From Coriobacteriia bacterium (GTDB lineage: Bacteria > Actinomycetota > Coriobacteriia > Coriobacteriales > QAMH01), in NCBI GenBank assembly GCA_003149935.1, contig QAMH01000009.1, positions 2,774 to 66,773 of the forward strand: a stretch of DNA of 64,000 bases, written 5' to 3'. The translations under genes and the position numbers were made by a program. Below are positions 50,944-59,991 of the stretch, piece after piece. The notes under the pieces are model-generated. The model was given only the letters and a program-made list of their open reading frames with translations, did no database searches and was not told the origin of the DNA. Numbering within the stretch: the stretch's first letter is position 1; each line of letters opens with the position of its first letter.

Positions 50944-51426
50944 TCAGCGGTTACGTGCCTTCATGGAGCGGGCGATCTCGCGCTTGGCGTCGCGTTCCTT
51001 GATGGAGGCACGCTTGTCGTAGAGCTTCTTGCCCTTGCAGACGCCAACCTCGACCTTCACGCGGCCTTCCTCGGTGAAATACATGGAAAGCGGAATGAGG
51101 GAATAGCCTTGCTGTGAGGCCTCTTGCTCGAGCTTGAGGATCTCCTTCTTGTGCAGCAAAAGCTTGCGGCGGCGTTCGGGCTCGACGTTGAAGATGGACC
51201 CGTTGCTGTAAGGGGCTATGTGCACGCCGTTGAGCCAGGCCTCGCCTTTGCGGATCGTGATGAAGCAATCGCGCAGCTGCGCCGAGTTCTCTCGTAGCGA
51301 GCGTACTTCGGTACCAGTAAGTACGATGCCAGCCTCGACGCGATCCTCGACGAAGTAATCGTGTAGTGCCTTACGGTTCTTGGCGATATATGTCCGTTCC
51401 TTTTTCACGTGCCGTCCGCCTGTCAT
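50944..51426 (-). CDS. smpB: SsrA-binding protein
   Basis: IAKNRKALHDYFVEDRVEAGIVLTGTEVRSLRE...LLLHKKEI... is canonical SmpB. Confidence 0.95.
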   Translation of the reverse strand: MTGGRHVKKERTYIAKNRKALHDYFVEDRVEAGIVLTGTEVRSLRENSAQLRDCFITIRKGEAWLNGVHIAPYSNGSIFNVEPERRRKLLLHKKEILKLEQEASQQGYSLIPLSMYFTEEGRVKVEVGVCKGKKLYDKRASIKERDAKREIARSMKARNR

Positions 51427-51624
51427 GTTTATCCGTACGTCATGTAAGCCATTCTAGAATACTATCCCCCGTTTACGGCTCAAAACCGCCCGTAAATTGT
51501 TTGCGAATCGTTTTATCTCTGCAACAGAATGAGGTTTCTTTATAGTAGGTTCGGTGTCATAGCTTCGCTGCGATTTCGTGTGAGGGGCACGCGCGGCGAG
51601 TTTGATTGGAAGATGGAGGTATCT

Positions 51625-52887
51625 ATGCAAGATTCGTTTATCGAGTCGCTTGAGTCGCGTGGTTTGACACGTCGCGCCTTTCTCGGCTTCTGTGGCACGA
51701 TTGCAGCTGCAATCGGCATTGAAGGCGTAACGGCTGCCGATGTTGCCGAAGCCATCGAGAGCAACTCCCTTATCGGTACGAACGGAGGTTTGGGCCAAGG
51801 CGGCCTCGCACCAGTCATCTGGATGGAGCTTGGTTCCTGCACCGGTTGCACCGAGTCTTTTGCCCAGTCTGATAACCCCGATCCGGCAACGCTGCTCCTC
51901 GAGTATCTCGCGCTCAACTACGCCGAGACCCTCTCTGCCGCTGCTGGCTACTCCCTCGAGGAAGCTCGCGAGGAGACGATCGAGGCTGCTAAGGGCAAGT
52001 ACGTCGTCGTCATCGAGGGTGCTGTCATGACCCGCTACGATGGCGAGATTCTGCGCATCGCGGGTGCCCCCACCTGCGCTCCGCACGAGAGCCACCTGCT
52101 CCACACCTGCAAGAACGCTGCTGCCGTCATCGCCGCAGGTTCCTGCGCTGTCGACGGTGGTTTCTGCGCGGCATATCCCAACCCGGGCAATGCCGAGGGT
52201 ATCCAGAAGTACCTCAAGGACAATGGTGTGTCGACTCCCGTCGTCAACCTTCCCTCTTGTCCCGTCAATCCCGCTAACCTGGTTGCAGTCATCGTTCAGT
52301 ACCTGCTGCTGGGAGCCGAGTCCGTCGTTGCCGGTCTCAACGAGTTCAACATGCCGAGCTCCATGTATGGCCAGACCATCCATGACAACTGCGAGCGTCG
52401 CGGCCACTTCGAGAACGGCGAGTTCGTCTACGAGTTCGGCAGCGAAGAAGAGGCCAAGGGCTACTGCCTGTACGCTCTCGGCTGCAAGGGTCCACAGACC
52501 AAGGCCAACTGCCCGCAGGTTCGCTGGAACCGTCGCGTGAGCTGGTGCGTCGCCTCTGGTGCTCCCTGCATCGGCTGCTGCAACGGCGACCCGCGCGTCA
52601 CGGTCCGCAACTGGATCGACGTTGACTCCCCGTTCCTGGGCCGTCTCAAGACCCTCAGGCTCGGCAGCATCGCATTCCAGCCGACCCCGATCGCACTCGG
52701 CGTCACCGGTCTTCTGACCGCCGCCCTCGTCGTCCATGGTATCGGCATGAAGGCTACGGGCCGCACCAAGGGCGGTGCTCCGTTCGAGAAGGAGCGCGAG
52801 TGGGACGTCAAGCACGGCAAGAAGGAACCCTCCACCGTACCTGTCGTCGAAGAGCAGGTCATCGTTGACATTGAGGAGGGTAAGTAA
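51625..52887 (+). CDS. [NiFe] uptake hydrogenase small subunit (Tat signal, C-terminal TM anchor)
   Basis: MQDSFIESLESRGLTRRAFLGFCG has the twin-arginine motif. Fe-S Cys motifs CTGCTES and ...GCKGPQT.ANCP...GAPCIGC are present. ATG 51625 is preceded by GGAGG. Confidence 0.9.
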   Translation: MQDSFIESLESRGLTRRAFLGFCGTIAAAIGIEGVTAADVAEAIESNSLIGTNGGLGQGGLAPVIWMELGSCTGCTESFAQSDNPDPATLLLEYLALNYAETLSAAAGYSLEEAREETIEAAKGKYVVVIEGAVMTRYDGEILRIAGAPTCAPHESHLLHTCKNAAAVIAAGSCAVDGGFCAAYPNPGNAEGIQKYLKDNGVSTPVVNLPSCPVNPANLVAVIVQYLLLGAESVVAGLNEFNMPSSMYGQTIHDNCERRGHFENGEFVYEFGSEEEAKGYCLYALGCKGPQTKANCPQVRWNRRVSWCVASGAPCIGCCNGDPRVTVRNWIDVDSPFLGRLKTLRLGSIAFQPTPIALGVTGLLTAALVVHGIGMKATGRTKGGAPFEKEREWDVKHGKKEPSTVPVVEEQVIVDIEEGK

Positions 52888-52889
52888 AC

Positions 52890-54611
52890 ATGGCTAAGCA
52901 TTCTATTATCGATCCGGTTGATCGTATCGAGGGCCACCTGCGCGTCGAGATGGAAGTCGAGAACGGCGTCGTCACTGACGCTTGGGTCTCCGGCGGCCTT
53001 TTCCGTGGCCTCGAGCTCATCGCCGAGGGTCGCGATCCCTATGACGCGGCCATGCTCGCCCAGCGCGTCTGCGGCGTCTGCCCTGTCTCGCACTGCCACA
53101 CCTCCGTTTTCGCGGCTGAGGAGGCCTACGGCATCCAGATTCCCGAGGGCGGCCGTCTGGTCCGCAATCTCATCGAGGGTGCGCAGTTCATGCACAGCCA
53201 CATCCTGTGGTTCTATCAGCTGAGCGCGCTCGACTACGTCAACCCGCTGCACGCACTTGAGGCTGACGTCAACAAGACCTATGCCCTGTGCGAGACCCTC
53301 GGTCTTGCTCAGACCGACTTCGCCGCGCTCAAGGATCGCCTCGCGAAGTTCGCCGAGAATGGCCAGTACTCCTGGCTGTCCGGCGGCTGGTTCATGGAGG
53401 GCCTGGCACCCGAAGCCTACAAGCTTCCGGCCGAGGTCGACCTCATCGCCACGGCGCACTACATCGAGGCCATCGACATGCAGGCAACTGCCGACGAGAT
53501 CTCCGCGATCATCGGTGGCAAGATGCCGCACGTTCAGACCTCGATTCCCGGTGGCACCGCCTGGTACCCGAGCGTCGAGAAGCTCGATGACATCCTGTTC
53601 CGTGCCAAGAAGCTCAAGGACTGGGTCGACAACGTCATGATCCCCGACGCCATCGCCATCGCGAGCGTCTACCTCAATGACGTCGCCACCATCGGTAACA
53701 ACAAGCATGGCAACTTCATGGCCTACGGCGTCTTCGACCGTCCGTCGCGTGAGCTCGAAGACCGTTTCTTCCCCGCGGGCATCGTCCGCATGAAGAGCGG
53801 CGCTCCGGTTCTCGAGCCGTTCGATGGTGCCTACATCACCGAGGGCACGACGCATGCCTACTACAAGGACAGCGGCGAGCCGCTGCATCCCACGGTTGGC
53901 GTAACCGAGCTCCCCGAGACCTTCCCCGGCTACTACAAGAACGAGGCCGAGGAAATCGTCAACGACAAGTACACCTGGTCCAAGGCTCCTCGCTACGACG
54001 GTGAGCCCATGGAGGTTGGCCCGCTCGCTCGCGTGCTCGTCTCCTACATGAGCGGCAACCCGGAGATCATCGCCGGCGTCAACACCGTTCTCGCTGGCCT
54101 CAACCTTCCGCTGACCCCGGCCAGCATCATGGGCCTCAACTCCGCGCTTGGCCGCCTGGCCGCCCGCCCCGTCGAGGCTTCCGCTGTCGCTGGCTACATG
54201 ATCGACTGGTGCGGCGAGCTCGTCGAGCTCCTCGGCCTCATCGAGGCCGGCGCCGTCGAGGGCAACCCCTGGTTCGCCGAGCGTGTCCGTGACACGGGCC
54301 TGGGCGAGGGCTTCTGGGAGGCTCCGCGTGGCGCTCTCTACCACACCGAGACCCTCTCCGGCAATACGATCACGCACTATCAGGAGGTCGTCCCCACCAC
54401 GTGGAACATCTCCCCGCGTGACGAGTACGGCGTGCCTGGCACCATCGAGCAGGGCCTCATCGGCACCCCTGTTGCCAACATCGAGGCTCCGATCAACGCC
54501 CTGCGCATCGTCCACGGATATGACCCGTGCGTTGCCTGCGCGGTCCATATCGTCGAGCCCAAGACGGGTCGCGAGTTCAAGATGCACACGAGTCCTTGGG
54601 GAGGTCGATAA
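52890..54611 (+). CDS. [NiFe] hydrogenase large subunit
   Basis: RIEGHLRVEMEV, RVCGVCPVSH (N-terminal CxxC) and DPCVACAVH (C-terminal CxxC). Confidence 0.95.
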   Translation: MAKHSIIDPVDRIEGHLRVEMEVENGVVTDAWVSGGLFRGLELIAEGRDPYDAAMLAQRVCGVCPVSHCHTSVFAAEEAYGIQIPEGGRLVRNLIEGAQFMHSHILWFYQLSALDYVNPLHALEADVNKTYALCETLGLAQTDFAALKDRLAKFAENGQYSWLSGGWFMEGLAPEAYKLPAEVDLIATAHYIEAIDMQATADEISAIIGGKMPHVQTSIPGGTAWYPSVEKLDDILFRAKKLKDWVDNVMIPDAIAIASVYLNDVATIGNNKHGNFMAYGVFDRPSRELEDRFFPAGIVRMKSGAPVLEPFDGAYITEGTTHAYYKDSGEPLHPTVGVTELPETFPGYYKNEAEEIVNDKYTWSKAPRYDGEPMEVGPLARVLVSYMSGNPEIIAGVNTVLAGLNLPLTPASIMGLNSALGRLAARPVEASAVAGYMIDWCGELVELLGLIEAGAVEGNPWFAERVRDTGLGEGFWEAPRGALYHTETLSGNTITHYQEVVPTTWNISPRDEYGVPGTIEQGLIGTPVANIEAPINALRIVHGYDPCVACAVHIVEPKTGREFKMHTSPWGGR

Positions 54612-54613
54612 TC

Positions 54614-55345
54614 ATGGCACATCTCGTACACTATCCTGAGGCACATCCGTTCGTCTTCCGCTTTACCCACTGGGTCAACCTCATCTGCATGCTTCTCCTT
54701 ATCCTCTCGGGTATCGAGATTCACTACCCGGTTGTTCCCGGCCTGATGGGCATGGCTCGTGGCGTGCACATGTTCTGCGCGTTTGTGATCCTCATCAACC
54801 TCATCTTCCGTATTGTCGCCGCTGGCTTCATCAAGTCCGCTCCGGCTTACGGCACCCGTGAGACCAAGCTGGATATGTACACGTTCTTCCCGCAGAAGGA
54901 CAACCGCCACCAGCTCTGGCCGTGGATCAAGTACTATCTCTTCTTCAAGAAGGACCATCCCCTGGGTGGCAAGTACGGCGTACCGCAGAAGCTGTCCTAC
55001 ATCCTCATCGCTGTAGCTCTCCTCTTCATGGGCTACACGGGCTTCTGCCTGTGGGTTCCGACGATGAACATCCCGTTCTTCGCTGGCTTCACTGCGCTCG
55101 TCGGTGGTCTGATGAAGGTGCGCGTCATCCACTACTTCATGATGTTCTTCTTCATCTGCTTCACGCTCATCCACATCTACCTCGCCAACATCGAGGGTAT
55201 CGATCCGACCAAGGTCATGCTGCTTGGTTCCAAGCCGCATGGTGGTCTGACCTACAGCCTGGAGACCATGAACGTCTCCGGTTACGATCCCATGGACGAG
55301 GAGATCATCGTCATGGAGGACAAGGTGGTCCTCGAGAAGGAGTAA
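54614..55345 (+). CDS. Ni/Fe-hydrogenase b-type cytochrome subunit
   Basis: MAHLVHYPEAHPFVFRFTHWVN..., with four TM segments bearing conserved His. ATG 54614 is preceded by GGAGG. Confidence 0.9.
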   Translation: MAHLVHYPEAHPFVFRFTHWVNLICMLLLILSGIEIHYPVVPGLMGMARGVHMFCAFVILINLIFRIVAAGFIKSAPAYGTRETKLDMYTFFPQKDNRHQLWPWIKYYLFFKKDHPLGGKYGVPQKLSYILIAVALLFMGYTGFCLWVPTMNIPFFAGFTALVGGLMKVRVIHYFMMFFFICFTLIHIYLANIEGIDPTKVMLLGSKPHGGLTYSLETMNVSGYDPMDEEIIVMEDKVVLEKE

Positions 55346-55369
55346 GCGCTTCTCCACAAGATGACGACC

Positions 55370-55406
55370 GGGGCCCGCGGGAAATCCTGCGGGCCCCTTC
55401 CTTTTT
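55370..55406 (+). terminator. Rho-independent terminator after the hydrogenase structural genes
   Basis: GGGGCCCGC-gggaaatcct-GCGGGCCCC followed by TTCCTTTTT. Confidence 0.8.
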
Positions 55407-55413
55407 CGAAGCG

Positions 55414-55602
55414 TGCGCATTTCTGGCGGATGTCTAGCGACGAAAAGCGATTGCAAGCGCAGAAATCGCGAAAGTCTAGGATTTAAACGCTTGAACCCTA
55501 GACTTTCCTCATAAATGCGCACGCAGGTAAGCCAAATCCTAGAGATTCGCGAAAAGTGCGCAACGCAGAGCAACAAGGCTAGACATCCGCCAGAAACGCG
55601 CA
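55414..55602. repeat. Cluster of five 25-bp TGCGCA..GTCTAG units (2 forward, 3 reverse; 40-42 bp spacing) forming a ~190-bp nested palindrome
   Basis: Units lie at 55414-55438, 55456-55480 (forward) and 55497-55521, 55538-55562, 55578-55602 (reverse). The outer units are 24/25 reverse complements. The units match those at 26470-26700 at 23/25. Confidence 0.8.
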
Positions 55603-55659
55603 TCCCTTCGCATGGGCAGCGGTAACAGCGAGCATCTCGTTGGTGATAAGATTGTGCCC

Positions 55660-56181
55660 ATGCAAAAACACGACAACATCACGCTCATTGGCATGCCCGG
55701 TGCTGGCAAAAGCACGCTCGGCGTTGTGCTCGCCAAGAAGCTCGGGTATCGCTTTGTCGATACCGACCTGCTCATCCAGGAAGGCGAGGGCATGTTGCTC
55801 TCGGAGATACTGGAAGCACGCGGCACTGAAGGCTTCATTGCCTGCGAGAACGAGTTGCTCGCGAATCTCTCGTGCGCTCGCCACGTCATCGCGACAGGCG
55901 GCTCGGCCGTGTATGGTACCGACGCCGTTGCAAACCTGAAGTCGCTGGGAACCGTCGTCTTCCTCGACTTGAGCCTCGACGAAATCTCCCGTCGGCTTTC
56001 ACCCGACCTACTCGACCGTGGGGTCGTCATCCACCAGGGAAGCACGCTCGCTGACCTCTACGCAGAGCGTCATCCGCTCTATGTGCAGGCAGCTGATCTC
56101 ACCGTAAAGCTCGACGGTCTCAGTACGCTCGAATCGGTCGAAAAGCTCACGGCAGAGCTTGCGTTGTACCTGCAAGCATAA
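55660..56181 (+). CDS. aroK: Shikimate kinase
   Basis: MQKHDNITLIGMPGAGKSTLGVVLAKKLGYRFVDTDLLIQ... The track ORF begins at 55612. Confidence 0.9.
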   Translation: MQKHDNITLIGMPGAGKSTLGVVLAKKLGYRFVDTDLLIQEGEGMLLSEILEARGTEGFIACENELLANLSCARHVIATGGSAVYGTDAVANLKSLGTVVFLDLSLDEISRRLSPDLLDRGVVIHQGSTLADLYAERHPLYVQAADLTVKLDGLSTLESVEKLTAELALYLQA

Positions 56182-56194
56182 CGAAGGAGACATT

Positions 56195-56752
56195 GTGGAA
56201 GATATCAAGCAGATGGTCGTCTGCGTGGGAAACATGCTCATGCTCGACGAGGGTTTTGGCTCGCACATGGCCAAGGTACTGACTAATTACGATGTCGCCC
56301 GAGAAGCCTTCGATGATGCCCATGCCCGGACGCTTGTCGAAACCTTTCGCGAATACGATGCCCATGACGACGACGGAGCTGACGAACGCATCCCCGTCAT
56401 GGATGCTGGCACCATGGGCATGGGGCTCATCCCGTACATTCGTGATTTCGACCGCCTGGTCATCGTAGATGCCGTGGATTGCGGACCCGATGCGGCTCCC
56501 GGCACCTGTTACACCTTCACACCCGAGGATATGGCAGCCTATAGCATCATGCACTCGCTGCACGACATGCGCGTCTCGGACGTGCTCAATAACGCACGTC
56601 TGGCTGGGCATGACTGTGACATCCGCTGCGTGGGCGTGCAGAAGAAGGACATCTGCCCACGAGATTTCACCATCGACCTTACCCCCGAGGTGAAGGCGGC
56701 CGTGCCCTACGCGGTCGATGCGGTGCTCGAGCTACTGGAAATCAGCCTGTAG
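56195..56752 (+). CDS. Hydrogenase maturation endopeptidase (HyaD/HybD family)
   Basis: VVCVGNMLMLDEGFGSHMAKVL...LVIVDAVD. GTG 56195 is preceded by GAAGGAG. Confidence 0.85.
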   Translation: MEDIKQMVVCVGNMLMLDEGFGSHMAKVLTNYDVAREAFDDAHARTLVETFREYDAHDDDGADERIPVMDAGTMGMGLIPYIRDFDRLVIVDAVDCGPDAAPGTCYTFTPEDMAAYSIMHSLHDMRVSDVLNNARLAGHDCDIRCVGVQKKDICPRDFTIDLTPEVKAAVPYAVDAVLELLEISL

Positions 56753-56757
56753 GTGCT

Positions 56758-56798
56758 GAGATTTCTCGACTCCGCTACGCTCCGCTCGAAATGACAAG
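56758..56798. repeat. Single copy of the dispersed element (GAGATTTCTCGACTCCGCTACGCTCCGCTCGAAATGACAAG)
   Basis: Read directly, 6 nt after the maturation protease stop. Confidence 0.75.
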
Positions 56799-56836
56799 AA
56801 CGAGCGCTCAGTTGAAAGACACAAAAAAGGGGCTCG

Positions 56837-56872
56837 CAACAAGAAGGCCCGCAGATGCGGGCCTTCTTGTTG
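56837..56872. terminator. Bidirectional terminator between the convergent hydrogenase protease and rpsI
   Basis: Perfect 16-bp stem CAACAAGAAGGCCCGC / GCGGGCCTTCTTGTTG with a 4-nt loop. Confidence 0.75.
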
Positions 56873-56891
56873 CATATATGTCTCTCGAAAC

Positions 56892-57293
56892 TTAGCGCTT
56901 GGAGAACTGCGGACGCTTGCGAGCCTTCTTGAGACCGTACTTCTTGCGCTCGACCATACGCGGATCGCGCGTGAGGAAGCCAGCCTTCTTGAGCTCGGCA
57001 CGATAGTCGCCAGCCTCAAGCAGCGCACGGGCGATGCCGTGACGCAGAGCACCAGCCTGACCGGAGATGCCGCCACCATTGAGCGTGGCAATGACGTCGA
57101 AATGCTTGACCGTACCCGTCACGGTGAAGGGAGTCATCGCATACTCGACGAGCGCCTTGCGGCCGAAGTAATCCTCGGCGTCGCGCTTGTTAACGGTGAC
57201 CTTACCGGTGCCGGGGACGAGACGAACGCGCGCGATGGCGTTCTTGCGGCGACCGGTGCCATAGTAGATGGCTTCTTTCTTGGTATCTGCCAT
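56892..57293 (-). CDS. rpsI: 30S ribosomal protein S9
   Basis: ...[16 protein letters not shown]...[19 protein letters not shown]...[12 protein letters not shown]. Confidence 0.97.
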   Translation of the reverse strand: MADTKKEAIYYGTGRRKNAIARVRLVPGTGKVTVNKRDAEDYFGRKALVEYAMTPFTVTGTVKHFDVIATLNGGGISGQAGALRHGIARALLEAGDYRAELKKAGFLTRDPRMVERKKYGLKKARKRPQFSKR

Positions 57294-57296
57294 GGG

Positions 57297-57731
57297 TTAT
57301 GCCTCCAGGTCAATCTTGCGGGGATTCTGCGCCTGATGCGGATGCTCGGGGCCTACATAGACCTTGAGCTTCTTAGCCATCTGACGTCCGAGCGTGTTCT
57401 TGGGGAGCATGCCCTTGACGGCGTGCTCGATGACGCGCTCGGGATGCTTCTCCATTGCCTCCTGGAAGGTCTCCTGACGCACGCCGCCGGGATAGCCCGT
57501 GATGCGGGTGTACACCTTATCGGTGACCTTGGCGCCAGTCACTTTGATCTTGTCGCAGTTGATGACGACAACGAAGTCGCCCGTGTCAACGTGCGGCGTG
57601 TACGTCGGCTTGTTCTTGCCGCGCAGAATCTGCGCAACGGCGGAAGCAAGACGACCAAGGGTCATGTCGGTCGCATCGACCAGAAGCCACTCGCGCTGGA
57701 CTTCGCCGGGCTTCGCATAGTAGGTCTTCAC
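57297..57731 (-). CDS. rplM: 50S ribosomal protein L13
   Basis: (V)[59 protein letters not shown] 57731 is preceded by GGAGG, and the track ORF extends to 57770. Confidence 0.95.
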   Translation of the reverse strand: MKTYYAKPGEVQREWLLVDATDMTLGRLASAVAQILRGKNKPTYTPHVDTGDFVVVINCDKIKVTGAKVTDKVYTRITGYPGGVRQETFQEAMEKHPERVIEHAVKGMLPKNTLGRQMAKKLKVYVGPEHPHQAQNPRKIDLEA

Positions 57732-57868
57732 GTGTGTTCCTCCAACTAAACTACCATGTTGTTCAATCACAGAGTTTCACGGGGCTCTGAAAGCGAACCC
57801 GTTAAGAATACTCGTGGTGCGACACGAAAGCAATAAAAATATGCTAAGTGGATGGTGCTTTTTACCCT

Positions 57869-59209
57869 CTAGAGCTTGTCCTCAGACTGACGCTCCGTCA
57901 TCTCCTCCTCTTCGGAGACGACAAGATTGGGATCGACATCGTCGACAAACGGCGACGCATCTGCATCCTTCGCGTCGTCACCCGCCTCAAGCGCAGCCTC
58001 GGGATGCTCCGCATCTTCTTCCGCGGCGATAATGCCAGCCGCCGCCTCCTCGGGCTCGGCCAACTCGGGATCGACAACGTCGACGTGCGTTGCCTCATCG
58101 CTCACGTTGTCATCAGCCGCATCGGATGCAGGCAGCTCGGGCTCGGCGTCAAGTGCCTCGGCGACCACCACGGGATTGAGCGCCGCAGGAACCTCAGGCG
58201 CAGCTGCAGAAGCTGGTTGCGGAGTAGCGACGTTCACGGGTTCGCCCGTGGGCGGAGCGGGCATATCGCCAGATGCAGCCGGAGCATGGGGCGGATGGGG
58301 CGCATCGGGCTGTCCACCGGCAACCTCAAAGGGCAGCGGGTCATCCTTCGTACCCCAAGCAGACACGTCAAACTGACGCGTCCAGTAACCTACCGCCCTG
58401 GCAACGAGCAGTTCTATAAATGCGCTGTACACAAACCAGACGTAGGAAAGGACGAGGACAACGGGGAACATCGTCATGATGAGGGTCAGGACATAGCCGA
58501 ACATCGCCGAGTCAGAGTACATGCCGTTACTCGACATGAAAATGAGCGGTGCAACGGTAGCACCGAGCACGGCCACCACGATGATGAGAGCAACGATGCC
58601 GATGATGATGCCACCGACAAGGTCGAAGAGAATCGCCATGCCGAAGATGCGCATGAGGCCGCCGAAGTCCTTTTTGATCATGGTCCAGATCTTGCCGAAT
58701 TGCAGGCCCGTACCCAGGCGATCGTACATGGTCATGCGGATGGTGCCCACCCAGATCATGACGCTGGCAAAGACGGTGAGTACGATACCGGCAACGTAGA
58801 GAATCCAGCCGATGCCAGCAAAGACGAAGTTGCCCGGCGTGACGACCATGTAGCGGCCCGTTGCCGTGTAGATACCGGTCTCCATGCCCATCGAGCTAAA
58901 CCAGCCGCCGATTGACAAGACGATGCCCGGAATGATGGTCATCACGATTGCGATGACGAGCGCAAACCAGCCCCAACGCAGCATCTTGCTACCCGGACGA
59001 CCGTAAATCTTCTTGGGCATGGGCGATTCGACACCCCATGCCGCCTTGTGTGCCCACTCCCAGGCGTACCCATAGACAGTCATCTGGCCGAATATGGGGA
59101 TAAACGAGATGAGGCCGAGCAGACAGATCTTGCCAAACCAGCCCTTCGATGACTTGATGTCACCATAGCTCGTACGGAAATACTTCCCGCTGTAGTTCGT
59201 CTGATCCAT
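57869..59209 (-). CDS. Polytopic membrane protein (DUF4013-like N-terminal region) with acidic/Pro-rich C-terminal tail
   Basis: Multiple TM segments, the N-terminal motif GWFGKICLLGLISFIPIFGQMTVYGYAWEW, and a low-complexity C-terminal ~150 aa. The family assignment is tentative. Confidence 0.65.
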   Translation of the reverse strand: MDQTNYSGKYFRTSYGDIKSSKGWFGKICLLGLISFIPIFGQMTVYGYAWEWAHKAAWGVESPMPKKIYGRPGSKMLRWGWFALVIAIVMTIIPGIVLSIGGWFSSMGMETGIYTATGRYMVVTPGNFVFAGIGWILYVAGIVLTVFASVMIWVGTIRMTMYDRLGTGLQFGKIWTMIKKDFGGLMRIFGMAILFDLVGGIIIGIVALIIVVAVLGATVAPLIFMSSNGMYSDSAMFGYVLTLIMTMFPVVLVLSYVWFVYSAFIELLVARAVGYWTRQFDVSAWGTKDDPLPFEVAGGQPDAPHPPHAPAASGDMPAPPTGEPVNVATPQPASAAAPEVPAALNPVVVAEALDAEPELPASDAADDNVSDEATHVDVVDPELAEPEEAAAGIIAAEEDAEHPEAALEAGDDAKDADASPFVDDVDPNLVVSEEEEMTERQSEDKL

Positions 59210-59229
59210 AATTTCCTCCGTTTAAACGG

Positions 59230-59988
59230 TTATGAGATTAGTCTTTGCTTCATAGTATCATGAGCTGCGTCTTCAAGAGCATCATCAAGACGAGAAAGCT
59301 GCACCCCGGGATATCTGCGTTGCAGCGCAAGCTCGATGAGCGCATCTGCCACACGTGGATTTTTGGGCAGAAGCGGGCCATGGCTGTAGGTCGCAATGAC
59401 ATTGCGGTAGCGTAGGCCCTCGGTGCCGTCCTCGCCATTGTTGCCGAAACCCTTCACCACCGTGCCGAGCGCTCGTGCCCCCTCGCGCAGATGCGTGCGG
59501 CCTGCATGGTTCTCGAACCCGACGACCACGGGCGCGCCCTCGATGGCGTCTGCCGTGAAGACGATGTTGCCGATGAGACGCGTATCACCCGCCTCGGTAT
59601 ACATGGGCAGCGCGCCGATATAGGAAGCCTCGTGGCCTTCGTGATCGACATAATACTCGCCGAGAATCTGGTAACCGCCACATATGGCGAGTACGGGGAC
59701 ATCGTTCTCGATGGCCCGCTGCAAACGCGAGGCCTTAGAGCCGGCAACTCCCACGCCCAGATCTGCCAACAGCGTGCGCTGGTCAAAGTCCTGGCCACCC
59801 CCGATAAAGAAGAGGTCGATATCCTCGAAATCCGCATCCTGGCCTGCGCCCAGGTCAACCACCTGCGCATCGATGTCACGCCATTCGCAGCGCTTGGTGA
59901 GCGCAATTGTGTTGCCACGGTCTCCGTAGAGATTGAGCAGGTCGGGGTAGAGATGTCCGATCGTGATGTGCATGCGCCCGTCAGTCAC
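59230..59988 (-). CDS. gatD: Lipid II isoglutaminyl synthase, glutamine amidotransferase subunit GatD
   Basis: HLYPDLLNLYGDRGN...FIGGGQDFDQ...LAICGGYQILG...VGFENHAGRT...GTYSHGPLLPKNP. It lies directly downstream of murT. Confidence 0.85.
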   Translation of the reverse strand: MTDGRMHITIGHLYPDLLNLYGDRGNTIALTKRCEWRDIDAQVVDLGAGQDADFEDIDLFFIGGGQDFDQRTLLADLGVGVAGSKASRLQRAIENDVPVLAICGGYQILGEYYVDHEGHEASYIGALPMYTEAGDTRLIGNIVFTADAIEGAPVVVGFENHAGRTHLREGARALGTVVKGFGNNGEDGTEGLRYRNVIATYSHGPLLPKNPRVADALIELALQRRYPGVQLSRLDDALEDAAHDTMKQRLIS

Positions 59989-59991
59989 TGC

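Noticed and set aside
55414-55602. Possibility that the regularly spaced 25-bp repeats (also 26470-26700, 45907-46127, 50788-50940) are CRISPR arrays.
   Set aside because: The 40-42 bp period leaves only ~16-bp spacers. Units flip orientation within an array, and the spacers are themselves related. No cas genes or leader are present in the window.
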